Source of the DNA: Adineta vaga
Taxonomy: Eukaryota; Animalia; Rotifera
NCBI GenBank assembly: GCA_021613535.1
Contig: CP075493.1
Location: 6,324,001 to 6,388,000 of the forward strand
Direction: 5' to 3'
DNA: 64,000 bases
Below, piece by piece: positions 38,197 to 51,029 of this stretch (its first letter is position 1; the number at the start of each line of letters is the position of its first letter). The notes beneath the pieces are model-generated. The model had not been told where the DNA came from and did not search any database. It saw only the letters and a program-made list of their open reading frames with translations. The translations under genes and the position numbers were made by a program.

Positions 38197-40110
38197 TTAC
38201 AATTTTGTTTTTACACGTTCGAGATGTTTTTTACATTTTAGAAGTTCGGGATGATTAGATGGCAATGACTGTTGTCCAATTTGTATAGCGTGTTCGAAAA
38301 ATGAACAGGCTTTTGAGTAGTTATTCATGTTTTCATACATCAAACCAATATTATTGTAGGATGCTGCCAAACTAGGGTGATTGGATGGAAGTGATTGTTG
38401 CTTGATTGCAAGGGCTTTTTCATGAGATAAAAGTGCATTCGAATAATCATCCATCTTTCTATACATTTCACCGATGTTGTTGAATGTGATACCTAAAACG
38501 GGATGATCAGGAGGAAGCGATTGTTGTTGAATTGTGAGAGCTTTCTCATAGAATATAAGTGCTTTTGGATAATCATTCAGAATATCATGTACATTACCGA
38601 TGTTGTTGTAGGATGAAGCGAGAACAGGATGATTAGGAGGAAGGATCTTTTGTTTGATGAAAATTGAATTTTCGTAAAGTATCAGTGCTTTATGATATTG
38701 TTTTTGGTTATATTTGATCCAACCTAATTGACCATATATTGATGCTTTGTCACTCTCATTTATTGTTTGTTCAAGCAGTTTATCATATACTTCTTCAGCT
38801 TTGTTATTATGACCCATCTGAATGAGTACTAAACCTAACCTATACCATCCTTCATTGTCTGGAAAACTCTCTTCTCGTATGCGATCCGTAAGTGCAACTA
38901 ATTCTTTGTCATTGTCACTAGTAAGTGTCAAATTTACTTCGTAGAGTCTATTATTTTCATTCATCAGTTTAATACCATCGATGCGAAACATACTATGCAT
39001 TGAAAATAAGACTTCATCTTCATTTGGAAAATAACTAATACCATGAACACACGCAAATGGTGTTGTTGATTGATTTGGATCTATCCTCATTACGAAAAGA
39101 ATTCCCACTGAGTTAGAATTTTCTGCAGCTTGTTGAGCAAATGTAAGGGAAACTTCTGGAATTTTAGTGGTAGATAGAAAGCTGTTAAATGATATCAAAC
39201 CATCTTTCGTTTGCATCAATTGTTCGAAATCTATCATTGATAAACCTTGACCACGATAAACTGTGAAGATTTGAGTAATACATTGTTCCTTATGTAAACG
39301 TTCAATGTGTCGATGAAGATCATTAATAAAGAAACCCATTCGCGTCATCATATCACTATCCATTATTCGTAATGCACGATTGAGCATTGAATATAAAAAA
39401 CAGTTATAAGTATACCACCATATTGGTGTTTTTTTATGGTAATTCTGTTCCAACTGATTAATATTGATCAATTCTTCTTTATTGTCAGAAAAGATCTCAC
39501 GACAATAGTCAATGTAGTCTTTTATGTGGTCATTGTTGAAGTCGATAGTTAAGAAAATCTCTTTGAGAATTTGTGTGTACATGAATGATGGATCTAATTG
39601 ATTCAAAATCGTTCCAGGTTGTACGAAACTTATGGACACCGCATTTTGTTCACATTGTTGAACTGCTTGTTTGATCGCTTCGCACATAGATGTGATTTCT
39701 GTGAACACGCCCTTTATTTTAGGCCATTCCTGAATCCAGTCTTCATGATGTTTGTTATTATCATATAAAATGAAAATCGAATCTACTTGAGACATGCTAT
39801 GTATACGAGGTACAATTTGCTGTTCAAAACAGCCTGAAATAATCATGCAGACCTTGTGATCTTCAATATTTTTCATGAATTCAATACATTGGTTACTATC
39901 TACATATATATTGATACCATTGATGATACATCGTAATTTAGTAGCGATGTTCTGATGATCTTCGTTCTTTCCATTGAAGTTCTTGTCTAACCATACTAAA
40001 AGTACATTTTGAACCTTCTGAATATTGAAACGTTGATGGTCATGTCGTTCTTCCAAACCTGTACATGTTTGTTGAGTTATTTCCATACTGTCTAAATTGC
40101 TATTTGTCAT
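38197..40110 (-). CDS. Intronless ADP-ribosyltransferase (R-S-E clade) domain plus TPR-repeat protein, 637 aa
   Basis: VYRGQ (R), SFLSTT (STS), NEDEVLF (ExE), preceded by IWWYT...LYSMLNRALR. C-terminal kinesin-light-chain-like TPRs (LPPNHPVLASSYNNIG). Confidence 0.9.
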   Translation of the reverse strand: MTNSNLDSMEITQQTCTGLEERHDHQRFNIQKVQNVLLVWLDKNFNGKNEDHQNIATKLRCIINGINIYVDSNQCIEFMKNIEDHKVCMIISGCFEQQIVPRIHSMSQVDSIFILYDNNKHHEDWIQEWPKIKGVFTEITSMCEAIKQAVQQCEQNAVSISFVQPGTILNQLDPSFMYTQILKEIFLTIDFNNDHIKDYIDYCREIFSDNKEELININQLEQNYHKKTPIWWYTYNCFLYSMLNRALRIMDSDMMTRMGFFINDLHRHIERLHKEQCITQIFTVYRGQGLSMIDFEQLMQTKDGLISFNSFLSTTKIPEVSLTFAQQAAENSNSVGILFVMRIDPNQSTTPFACVHGISYFPNEDEVLFSMHSMFRIDGIKLMNENNRLYEVNLTLTSDNDKELVALTDRIREESFPDNEGWYRLGLVLIQMGHNNKAEEVYDKLLEQTINESDKASIYGQLGWIKYNQKQYHKALILYENSIFIKQKILPPNHPVLASSYNNIGNVHDILNDYPKALIFYEKALTIQQQSLPPDHPVLGITFNNIGEMYRKMDDYSNALLSHEKALAIKQQSLPSNHPSLAASYNNIGLMYENMNNYSKACSFFEHAIQIGQQSLPSNHPELLKCKKHLERVKTKL

Positions 40111-40692
40111 CGACTTGCTTTATTTGTATGTGCAACGTGGATAGAAATTATTTAAAAAACAAACTCTGGCAGAACGATAGAAAATGGTTTACTTCGTTAG
40201 TTATTCCTTTCTTTCGAGATGCGTTTATTTTAATTTTATTGTAAGAAAAATTTTCTTTTCCTGTACTATTTTTTACATATTTCTAAAGAATACAAGAACA
40301 ATCGATGAAAATGAATGATTTTATTTGTTTAAATGAAGAAACAAATTTTTGAACTATATTTTGTTTTCTTCTCTTTTTCGACAACCGTTACTAATGATCG
40401 CGATTTTTCAATGAAACACATATTTACATAGCTCGTTTCATAAAATCAACTATCGATTACCATTAGATATTACTTATAATTGAAAATTTCATAAGAAATG
40501 CATCACAACTTAACCGTGTTAAAGTCGAGCCGACCCTCTGAATTATATATGACAATATTCGATATCCTGATATTATTAATGATTTCAATAAACATCGTGT
40601 AATCTTCTTCTATTTAAATTATAAATTACTGCGTCAATAGTTTGATCATTAAAAAGATCTATCAACAGATCTTACACAGGAGATATTTCACA

Positions 40693-41145
40693 CTATTGGT
40701 TGCCATCCTTTTTTAATCTACTTTTGGCAATCCAATTAAATAGAACTACTTGACAATTACGCATTGTTTTAGTCATTGAGAAATTCGCTTGTGCATTCAA
40801 ATTAGATTGTATATGTTGAATTTTTGTGGAGAATTTCTTTTTCGACTGTTTCCATTGACGATCAACAATCGATAATTGATCGTCAAGTAATTGTCGACTA
40901 ATATCATCAGTAATTGTTATTCCATCAACACTGAGCATATAAGATGGTATTACAGTCTTTGTAGATGAGTTTTCATTTCTATCCATTCGTGCAAATCCAC
41001 GTGCATTTGGAGATGATTGTTGAAATGTACATATTTCTCGATTTCGTTCATTTTCTCGTCGAAGAAACATGAGAAACGATCGAGAATCAAGATCATGTGT
41101 GAGTAAATCAATTGGTAATTCATCTGACAAAATATTTCTATACAT
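40693..41145 (-). CDS. Hypothetical 150 aa protein or gene remnant
   Basis: ATG-initiated ORF with host-like codon usage between the ART-TPR and TIR genes; no motif recognised. Confidence 0.35.
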   Translation of the reverse strand: MYRNILSDELPIDLLTHDLDSRSFLMFLRRENERNREICTFQQSSPNARGFARMDRNENSSTKTVIPSYMLSVDGITITDDISRQLLDDQLSIVDRQWKQSKKKFSTKIQHIQSNLNAQANFSMTKTMRNCQVVLFNWIAKSRLKKDGNQ

Positions 41146-41345
41146 GATAATTTTTTATACTCTTCGCGCTCATTTTACAATATCTTTTGTAGAAAAAATG
41201 CCATAAGACGAATAACGACAACTATGAACGTCAGGAAAAAAAACCCGTTGACATTGCATAACACCAATGAAATTCTCTTCGAGTTTCTTTTCTCTTTTCT
41301 TTTCTCATTTAAAAAACTTGCACTATATAAAAAGAAAACTCTTCA

Positions 41346-43741
41346 ATGGGTTGCGGTACGTCGAATAACGTCGTTAATAACGATACACAGCCTGTTTCTA
41401 ACGCTTCTTTTCCACCGGCATCAATACCGTCTCAACGACAACAACAACAAAATCAACGTGTAACAGAACACGTTGTAACTGCATCACAAACATCCAAAAC
41501 AGGTAATCTATCGTTAAACGTATTGAATTCATATTTAGAAAGAAAACAAATTTCTTATTTTACAGGTGAAATGTCGAACACAATGAATGTCCTGATAACA
41601 TGTCATACTGATCAACAAAATCTCGCTGAAATCCTACGTAAAACATTTACCAATCAAAATCTCGGTTGTTATATTCTTAATGAAACAAATCCACAATCAA
41701 TCGCAGCTCGAGCAAATCTTATTCAATGGTGTAATGCATTTATTGTTATTATTAGTCGTAAATATCAACAAACACCATACTGTATGGAAACAATAAATTA
41801 TGCGAAAGATTTACGCAAAGCAATTGTTGCTATTTATATAGAATCAAATTTTCAACCGTACGGTGCTTTAGGTGCTATATCAGCAAGTGCTGTTCTATCA
41901 TTAACATTGAAAAATAATCAAATTCCAGAAAATATGACTTCACAAATCATCAATGCTGTTTCATCACAAAAAACAAGAAAAAGTGGTAATAAAAATGTTG
42001 TTGATCCAGCACAGGTAGAATATTGTCATTCTTTTAACTATGTAATTACATTATATTTCTAGATGCCTAATGAAAGCGATAGTATGAAACTGATCGATGG
42101 TAATAATCCATGTACAATATTAATTTGTACAACCAATGATGGATCAAATGTAGCACAAATAATATACGAAGAGTTTCGTACAAAAAATGTAGATGTTGCA
42201 TTAGAAAATCTATCGAAAGCAAATTCATCTTCGAGTGTTCGACAATGTACTGTTTTCTTACCGATTCTTTCTTCTGAATTTGAACAAATACCAATATGTC
42301 AAACAGCATTTGAAAAAGCTCGTCGATTGCAAAAGCCTATTGTACCAGTAATAGCTATTAAAGATTGGAGGCCGGATGGATGGATTGGTTTAATTATTGC
42401 TGGAACTACATTTTTTCGAATATTTGATAAAAATAATGCATATAAGAAATTCTTCGATAGCAATCGAATGACAGATTTGACAGTAGAAGTTCAAGTAAGT
42501 AATGCATATGTATATCTGTTTGAAGTATTTTGTGTTTTAATTTCTAATAAAATAGCTTGCTTGTCAACCCCGTCCAAATCAAGCTGAACGTGAACAAAAA
42601 GAGATGATGGCATTAAAACAGAAGATTGAAGAATGTAAAAAGGAACTACAAACATGGCCACCAACGCGTAAAGAACGTTCAAACAATCCAACTGTTGATC
42701 GACAACCTGTTCGTGTTGAATTGTCTGAACCCAGTGCTAAACTTGCCTTTCATCATATTCATCATGAAATTACACGTATGGATATTAAAGCACCACCTGC
42801 TCTAATTGATGAATATGGTTTACCTAAAAGAAAAGAAATTGATTGTATGATTAGGTATTTGAAACGAATAAAACGAACAATTATATGTTAAATATATTCG
42901 ATTCTTTTAGTTATCAATGGGATCATCAACCATTTGTTCGCAAAGTTTTCGAAGACATGTCAATGCGTGAAATTAAAACTTGGTTTGATATATGGGGTTC
43001 TATGCAAGGCAATACCAACGACGCTATGGCAACTGGTTAGTGATAGAAAACAAAATTTTACTAATTGAACACTGCCTTTCTCTAACAGGTGTAGAATGTG
43101 CTAAAGTACTCCTTGTCTTCCTCTCAAAAGCCTATGTTCAATCTCCTAATTGCCTATTAGAATTTCGTTATGCTGTTAAACGTGGTAAAGCTTTTGTGAT
43201 TATTCGAGTTGAACCAAATATTCCAACGGAACAATGGATGCTTGAAGCAATTACAGGATTTCCTCAGTACGATGTCTATTCCTATGAAGATTTAGAGACA
43301 TTAATCAATGGTGTTCCAACAGTAAGAGGTTATTTTTTAAATGAATCATTGTATGTTATTCTTATTAGATTGATGTCATTATGCGCGGTACGTACACTTG
43401 CTCAAGCACAACCACGTGATATAATTAATGATTGTTCAGCTGAACTATTTGAACTACGTTCTCTTCTTGATGATGCACGTGATGCAATCTATGCTAATGC
43501 AGGAAAAAGTCGTTATAACACATGCACACGATGTAATCAACAATTCGATGAATTTACTAAAGGTGGTTGCAAAAAACATCGAGCGTATTACATGGGTGGA
43601 ACGATTCTAGAAGGTCGATGGATGTGTTGTCGACAACAAGCAAAAGATTCACCAGGATGTGAAGAATGTGATCATACAGATGCAGTTCGTGTTTTTACAC
43701 AAGATCCCAGTTATGGGACATGGACATGGCAACCAGCTTAA
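41346..43741 (+). CDS. N-myristoylated/palmitoylated protein with three TIR_2-like domains and a C-terminal BTK-type zinc finger, 7 exons
   Basis: MGCGTS start. TIR1 VLITCH...FIVIISRKYQQTPYCMETINYA; TIR2 ILICTT...FLPILSSEFEQIPICQTAFEKA...WRPDGWIGLIIAG; TIR3 DCMISYQWDHQ...WFDIWGSM...VFLSKAYVQSPNCLLEFRYA. Zinc finger CKKHRAYY...WMCCRQQAKDSPGC. Exons 41346-41502, 41566-42014, 42063-42494, 42556-42854, 42911-43035, 43089-43321, 43369-43741; the last junction is off by 2 nt. Confidence 0.85.
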
Positions 43742-44118
43742 AATGATAATGTTATTTATATAAAAAAAAGAATAATTCTACTATTTCTTGAATAAAGACA
43801 CAGATAATAGATTGATGTTTAAGTACTATTGTATGACAATCTTCTATTCAATATGTACGATTATCAAAAGACAAATGATTGATACTTAACATTTATATTA
43901 TCATTTATTTCCGAGAACTAGAATACTAATACAAGAAAAACCAAAATTAAAATTAAAAAAAATAAAACAATATCAATAATATGAAAATACAAAGATTATG
44001 TCAAGGAGAGTATTGTTTACTCTTCTCCAGAAATATCCATCGGTTCGAAAAGACTTGTATGAGGAGAAGAAATATCTTTCTAGAAACGGCAATATCTTAA
44101 CTATATAAACAAAACCAT

Positions 44119-45326
44119 CTAATCATAACTCACATTGACATCAGAAAATCTTTGTGATATTTTCGATGAAGTGTTTGTTCGAATTGGTTGAACATAATTG
44201 GCTGGTATTAATCCCATATGAATATGATCAATAGTACCCAAAAACCAACTGGATTTAGCGAATTGAAATGCTAAAAGGAAAAATCATACTGCCTATTTAT
44301 ATTTATTCTGCACGGCAATCGAAATAATGAAAAGATATAGGACTTAGTTTGTTTTCTGCACTACTATAAACATCTTACCCGGAGGTGCCAGATAAATCGT
44401 AGTACCGCGTGTAAATGATAGTTCATCCGAATTTTGAGCTACATAATCGTGAAGTGCAACGACACGTGCTTGTTTTGTGTCTTGTTGTAACCTATTGTTA
44501 TTTACTAAAAATTATGTTTTTTAAACATTTATTTAACTGAATAAAAATTTACAAACTTTGCTGTTTTTTTATGATCGAATTGAGAACTTTTAACATTAAC
44601 ATTGGTGTACCAAATGAGACAAGGAAAAATAGAGCAACAAGTAGACTAGATGATTGTCCATTTGTTGTTTTTGTTGATTCGGTTGTTTGTTGTAAACTAT
44701 GATAAATTGTCATCCATGAATCTTCAAATTGATCACTTTTTCGTAAATGAAAAACTTTTAATAAACGATGATAAAGAAATTTCATAAATCGATATAATAA
44801 AATTACTGGATACAATGTAGTTAGCTCAGATCGAAGTCTAGTAAAGTGATCAAATAAATCAATCATTGCACGAAATGATGTATAGATATTTGTAAATGTA
44901 GATTCAAACATATGTGATATAGAATGAAATGTTTGAATAATCGATTCAATAGAATTGAATGCTGAACGTGATTCATCTATTGCTAGTTGAGTGAAATTAC
45001 TCATAGGAGGATTCGATGACGATAAATAATGGTTATTGTAATAAGTTGGTTGTTGACTGTATGACGTGTTTGGATAATTCATTGGAGGATAAGGACCTAC
45101 ATGTCGAGATGATTGAGGAATGGTTCGTTGTGGTAGTGAAGGTGCTGCTGTACTTTGGGTTCGTCTAAAATGAATAGCAAGAAAATAATGAAGAACGTCA
45201 AGATACGAAAACTGTATACATAGATTCTACAGTGGGTACAAATCCATGGTTAGTTGTCTCAAAAAATGAAGTTAGTGGTTGATTAGTCATTGGTACTGTT
45301 GGTTGCCACGAATTGTCAGTATGCAT
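44119..45326 (-). CDS. PEX13: Peroxisomal membrane protein PEX13 (Peroxin-13 N-terminal domain plus SH3)
   Basis: ESRSAFNSIESIIQTFHSISHMFESTF...SFRAMI, FFLVSFGTPMLMLK, and SH3 VVALHDYVAQNSDELSFTRG...IYLAP...WFLG...GLIPANYV across canonical introns. Confidence 0.9.
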
Positions 45327-46010
45327 CTGAAAAACAAGGCGATACTAACAGTAAATGAATATCACAGCTGTTTGTGAAAACCATCTATGAATCATCGTTT
45401 ATGTTATATACTTCGAAAAAGATTGATTCAGTCAGTCCTTTGTTTTGTGCAAGTATACATATTGTTATCATTATTAGAAGAATAAAAGAATTTTCTGATG
45501 ATGCGACATCTTTGATCATTTGATTTTGAATTTCTTCATTATCAAAGTCACCTTGATCATTACTTTCACTTTACTTCTCTTTTCATCTTATTTTCAGTAA
45601 AAAATAACTTCTTTTTTAAAATTTTTTTGGTTCATTTCACAAAGCTCTTTATACAAATACAAATTGATAACTCTCAAGTGTATCCAACCGAAACTTTTAC
45701 AGATGTTGTAAGAGAGTAAAGTACCACTAACGTGTCAATTACATCACACCACATATATACATATGTGCACATATATGTTTCTTCATCTACGTATTTTGTT
45801 GGATGATTTAACCTTCACACTCTCGAAGAGAACTTATGATGTATGAATGACTATCGATCTTTTCGTTCGTTTCTCTTTTTCTTCTCCTTCAACTACTGAT
45901 TGTTGTAACTACACCTTTTTACAATGAAAAGAGCATAACTAGAACAAGCAAAAAGAAGAAGAAGAAAAAAACTCATCTTTTATTTATACACCTACACATA
46001 AATATCAGCA

Positions 46011-46619
46011 ATGGATGAAAATGTACAACCGATTTTCAACGATATACGAATTAATCTTCGACCGTATAATAATCGATCTCCCACAGAAAATGATCGACGA
46101 TCACAAAGTTCAGTTCCTAGTCGAATTTCCAGATATTCTGGTAAGATCATGTCTTATATATATAAATAAAGGTATCGCAATACTTTCTTATTTAAAAGAA
46201 TATCCACAAGTTCGACCGACAAATCCACTATATTCCAGTCAATCAACAGTGAGAACTCCGACGATAAAATCTAAAAGTTCAGCAGTACTAGTCGATCGTC
46301 GTCAAAAATTTGATCCTCAAGCACCACGTCGTCCATCTGATTGGCGATGGTTAGCTATTCTATGTATCTTTCTCTTCTTTCCACTTGGTATGTTAATTGA
46401 ACAAAGGAATACTTTCTCTTGAACAATCTCTTTCTAGGTTTATTTGCGTTTGCATTTGCTCGTAAAGCACAAGAAAGATTTCAATGTGGATTTGTCACTG
46501 ATGCACATAAATTTAATAAACGTGCTTTAATTCTTTGTGTTTTATCAATCTTATCTGGCATTGCATTGATTATTGGTCTTCTATTTGGTTTCGATGCATG
46601 GCCACGAACAAATGGATAA
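46011..46619 (+). CDS. CD225/dispanin family membrane protein (IFITM/PRRT/TMEM233-like), 3 exons
   Basis: PSDWRWLAILCIFLFFPLGLFAFAFARKAQERFQCG...A...RALILCVLSILSGI. Introns ~46141-46198 and 46388-46437. Confidence 0.8.
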
Positions 46620-48011
46620 ATTGCTTAACAGAAAAAAAGAGTACTTTACTTATTTTAGACTAGTGTTTTTGATGACAACAGATCATCATTTTCATTAATG
46701 TGTTAGTAATAAATCTAATGTGATAATATTTCCTGATTGATATTATCTTGGTAAATATTGATTTAGATATACTTAAAACAGAACTAGTTCTTTCATTATA
46801 ATCGGTCGGAAGTAGAGCGTTTCTTAGAATTTTAAGCCCATGAAGTACATTATATGTTATTCGAGATTAAGAATAGATCATAACCTTCTATTGAATTCCA
46901 ATGAAGGACAAATTCTTGTATAAGATAAAGTTAAGTTAACGAATTGTGAACCAATATGAATGATGATCCGTCAGTTGAAAAAACTGGTCTCTATCAATCT
47001 ACAACTATTATTTAAATATTATCAAATTCAAGACTAGAGAGATATGTAAGTTGATTCGACGAAATCATGTGAAAAAAATCGATCAGCTATTAGTACAATT
47101 GAACTAATCGTACATGTTGTAAAGATTAGTAGACAAAAAATCAGTGTTATTTGCATTTAAATTTCGAATCTCATTAGAATTTACTGGTCATATTATATTT
47201 GTATCGATGATGATAAAATACTTCTGGCTAGATTAACATTTCAATTATTGACATTCAGTATATTTCAAACTAATAATTAATATTATTCTTCATAGTAACA
47301 AATAGGATATCATTTGATTTGAATAATCAGAAGGTAGGCTTTGGTCCATGCACCTTCATGACCTATTACTACAGCAGCCTTGACAACAGATCTTTTGAAT
47401 ATTGATTCAAATAAAACCATTCAAATTCATTGATACTTATTCCGTAGTTGTATATTTCTACTCTTGTTTTCGATGATCGAACTACTTCTGAGTTCAACTC
47501 CAAAATTCAGTTAATTCATTTCATACCACCTAGATTTACATTAAGTACTCTTATCAATTCATTCTAGGATTTCAATGAATCAGTTCATTGTGCTGAATTT
47601 GTCATGTCTCTAAAATGGCGTACGTTTATTTCGTAACCTTGAATCACTTGATTAAAGAACTCTTTTGTCATCCAACATGTAATATATGTGATAATCTTGT
47701 AATAGAAGATAAAAATTTCTTTACTATATAAATATCATTTCTGAATGTGTTTTTATTTTATTCAATTTGAGAAAAATCTACCATCTAGAGAGAAGAGAAA
47801 GAAAAGAAACCAGTTCACAAAAGCATGAAGATACATATCTCTTCTTCTAGTAACATCGCTCACGCATCTCAGATAATGACTGAAAAAAAAGAAAAAAAAG
47901 AAAAGAATGAACGAACAAAAGAATGAAGAACACGAAAATGAAAGACACAGATACATGCTATATATATATACATATAAAAGAGAAAGAAAGTGTATTCGTA
48001 CATCCTATACA

Positions 48012-49758
48012 CTAGTAAAATCTCATTTCATTAAAATCACAATCATGTGGCAATGAAATTGTTGTTTGAGGTATAGTCGATGATTCGGTTTCTAACGTAT
48101 AATTTTTTCCTTCATTATTATCCCAATGTTCTTGTCCATTAACTTGATAACGAATTACAAAATCAATTCGATCTACATCTTGAGGAATATCAATACTAAA
48201 GTCAAATTGATCAAGATTACGAAAATCATTCGAATGATAACGATGATGAGCATCATATTCATATGTATTTAACCAACGATTGAATGTATATTTCACCGTG
48301 ACATTTTTCCAATAACCAGCATTTGTTACCCACACTGTCCCATAGAGATATTGTTCATTGGTTATTGATGATTTCAAACGTGTATCAGCATGTTCTAATT
48401 TGACTTGAGATTTCCATACTTCATGTAAATAAATATCTGGATGTTCGGAAATAGGTTGTCGATATAAACAAAAGAATCGTTTTGTTGACGAGCTTCTGTA
48501 AGTTGTTTCGGTGTCCATGCTACATCGAAAGACCAAGGTTTCGGTTCGAAATTTAATTCTGTAGGAATATAAAGATTATTTTTTGTATGAAGAAAATCTT
48601 TTGAATCATTATCAGTGATCGAACGAATGTATTGCACTTGAGTTAATTCACGACCAATAGAATCAGCGAAACGAACCATCTTTTTTGTTGTTCCAATCGA
48701 TGCATTACGTTTTAGACCACCGGGTAGAGTATTTGAACTTGGAATAGATGAGCAGGAGATGTAGGTGATGGAGGTGGTGTAGATGGCGTTGGTATAGGTG
48801 TAGGTACCACAGGAATTTCAGTAGGTACGAAAAATTGTACATTATTTTCCGGAATCGGTTCGGGAGATGGTATTGTTTGACGAGATAAACGAAATCTTAA
48901 TCCTAAGTTTAAAAAAAAGTACGTATATAGAACTATGATATTCAAAATGTATTTCAATCTTACTTCTTGGTCGTAATCGACTTAGAACAATCTCTGTGCC
49001 AAGTGGCGTTTCATGGTCTTCCGAAGTATCTTCTTTCTTTGTATTGTTGTCTTCTAATGAAAGCTTTTCGAATGAAATTGGTTGTACATAATCGTTAACA
49101 ATTGGAGATTCCTCTTCTTGGTTATTGTCAACTTTTTCTATCGCATCAGTTTTTAAGGATGCGTCTTCATCAATAGATGAACAAAACGTTGGTGTCCATG
49201 ATGAACGACGTTTTCGCCTGCGAAAATGTCGGTCTGAATTTGATGATAAAATTGTATCTAATGTAGTAACTTTATTTAATTTTTTAGTTGTTGTTGTTAA
49301 TGAAACCGTATCGAATGTATCACTAGAAGAAGAAATGTACAATGCAATGAAAATATTCTATTTGATTAGATAAATTAAAATACATACCTTTTTATATCAT
49401 CAGTACTTGCGAATTGAATTGTATCACAGTTTAATGGATTTACTTCATTTTGTTCTTGTTCGTCTTCGACTTGATTTAAAGATAAAAATGTATTTGGTAA
49501 TGAAGGTGAAAGAAGTGAGTTTTTATTTGCAAAAGCATTCGATGCTGAATGGTACATAGATATGTGTGGTTCTGAAGCAAATTTTTGCAATAATCGAAAG
49601 AAAGTATTTGAATCTTGTTCAAGATAAAATAATCGATCATCAACTGAATGAGATGTCGGAAGAAGATTCCGATTAGTTGTTGATGTTGTTGGTAGAATAG
49701 TCATATTTGGTGTTCGCAGTGTTTGTTGTTGTTGTTGTTGAACAAGCATATGTGCCAT
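48012..49758 (-). CDS. Protein phosphatase 1 glycogen-targeting regulatory subunit (PPP1R3 family, CBM21); two apparent 1-nt frameshifts
   Basis: RVxF motif KKMVRFADSIGRELTQV. CBM21 VKLE...YGTVWVTNAGYWKNVTVKYTFNRW...IDFVIRYQVNGQEHWDNNEGKNY. The frame stays open upstream to an acceptor at ~49837, so the true start may be further 5'. Confidence 0.85.
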
Positions 49759-50993
49759 CGTGGAATTATCTAACGATGACAAATCAATTTGTGGATCAAA
49801 ATCGAGAAATGATGTCGAAGGATGATTTCTTTCTTCCTAGAAAGAAAGAGAAAACAATGAAATTCTATTTACTTTTATAACGATCACGTTTTCTTACAAA
49901 ACTATCACGTTCGCAAACTATATAATGCATTTACACTAACTTTTAAAAAAGACAAGTGTAATGCCGTCTTCTTTTTCTTATGGATCACGTATAAATAAGG
50001 TGTGATCGTTAATACACACATGCGAAGAAGATTTCTATCTATACATTTGTTGTTTTCTTTTTGTGTGAAAAAAAATGAAGAAATTGATTACATATATGAC
50101 TGAAAGCATCGGTCAATAGTTCATTCTGTTAGAGTGTTTATCTAATCGCTTTCCCTTATTCTTTTCATATACATTTACCACGTTGCGAACGCATGGGTAG
50201 TGCATGATAGATTATCTCAAATAAGTATATGTCCTTAGCCGATTTCGTTTATCATTAATAAACAGAAAATTTTGACAGACACTACCTTGAATGGATTTCG
50301 ATAAAGAGAGCGAGAGAGATCTGTTTGATCGAGTTGTTTCTTCTACACTTCTATCTCTCAACGCAGAAAGAACTTAAAGTTTGATTTACCTTTATAAGAT
50401 ATGTATCAAATTAAACCAATAGTTTTATTATGCGATGATTAAGATGAGAAAAGGCAAAAAAGTAAAATATAAAAAGGTGTATATCTATGAGGAAAACAAA
50501 GTTTATTATTAACATACATATATATATATATGGAGTAGTCGGTGCAAAAAAACAAGGAAGAGAGAGAGAAAGAGCAAAAGGGAAAAAAATCCAACAAAGT
50601 TTCTCTTTTGTTTGCAATTTGACTATTTCGAAATTATACTCGTCATTGAATATAAAAATAGCATTACAAAAGAAGAACATAAATGTTTTTTCGCCTTTCT
50701 TTTTTTCTTTCTGACTGTTTTAGATTAAACTAATAGAACGGAGAAGAAAGAAGCAAACATATATCTCACTCTGTACTGATCGACCTCTTCCCGATTCATT
50801 TCAGTAATAGGAAGAAACTTTGTGCAAATCTTGTTGAGGAAAGAATTTCTTTCGAAGAAAAAGTATTACCACATCGTACGATGAATATGACACAAGAAAA
50901 ATCAGATTTTTTCGTCTTTCTTTTTTTATCTAAGTCTAAAGGTGAGAATCAGTTATCTGTTTTATTATTATTACGAAAAAAGAAGCCAATGTA

Positions 50994-51029
<36 letters not shown>

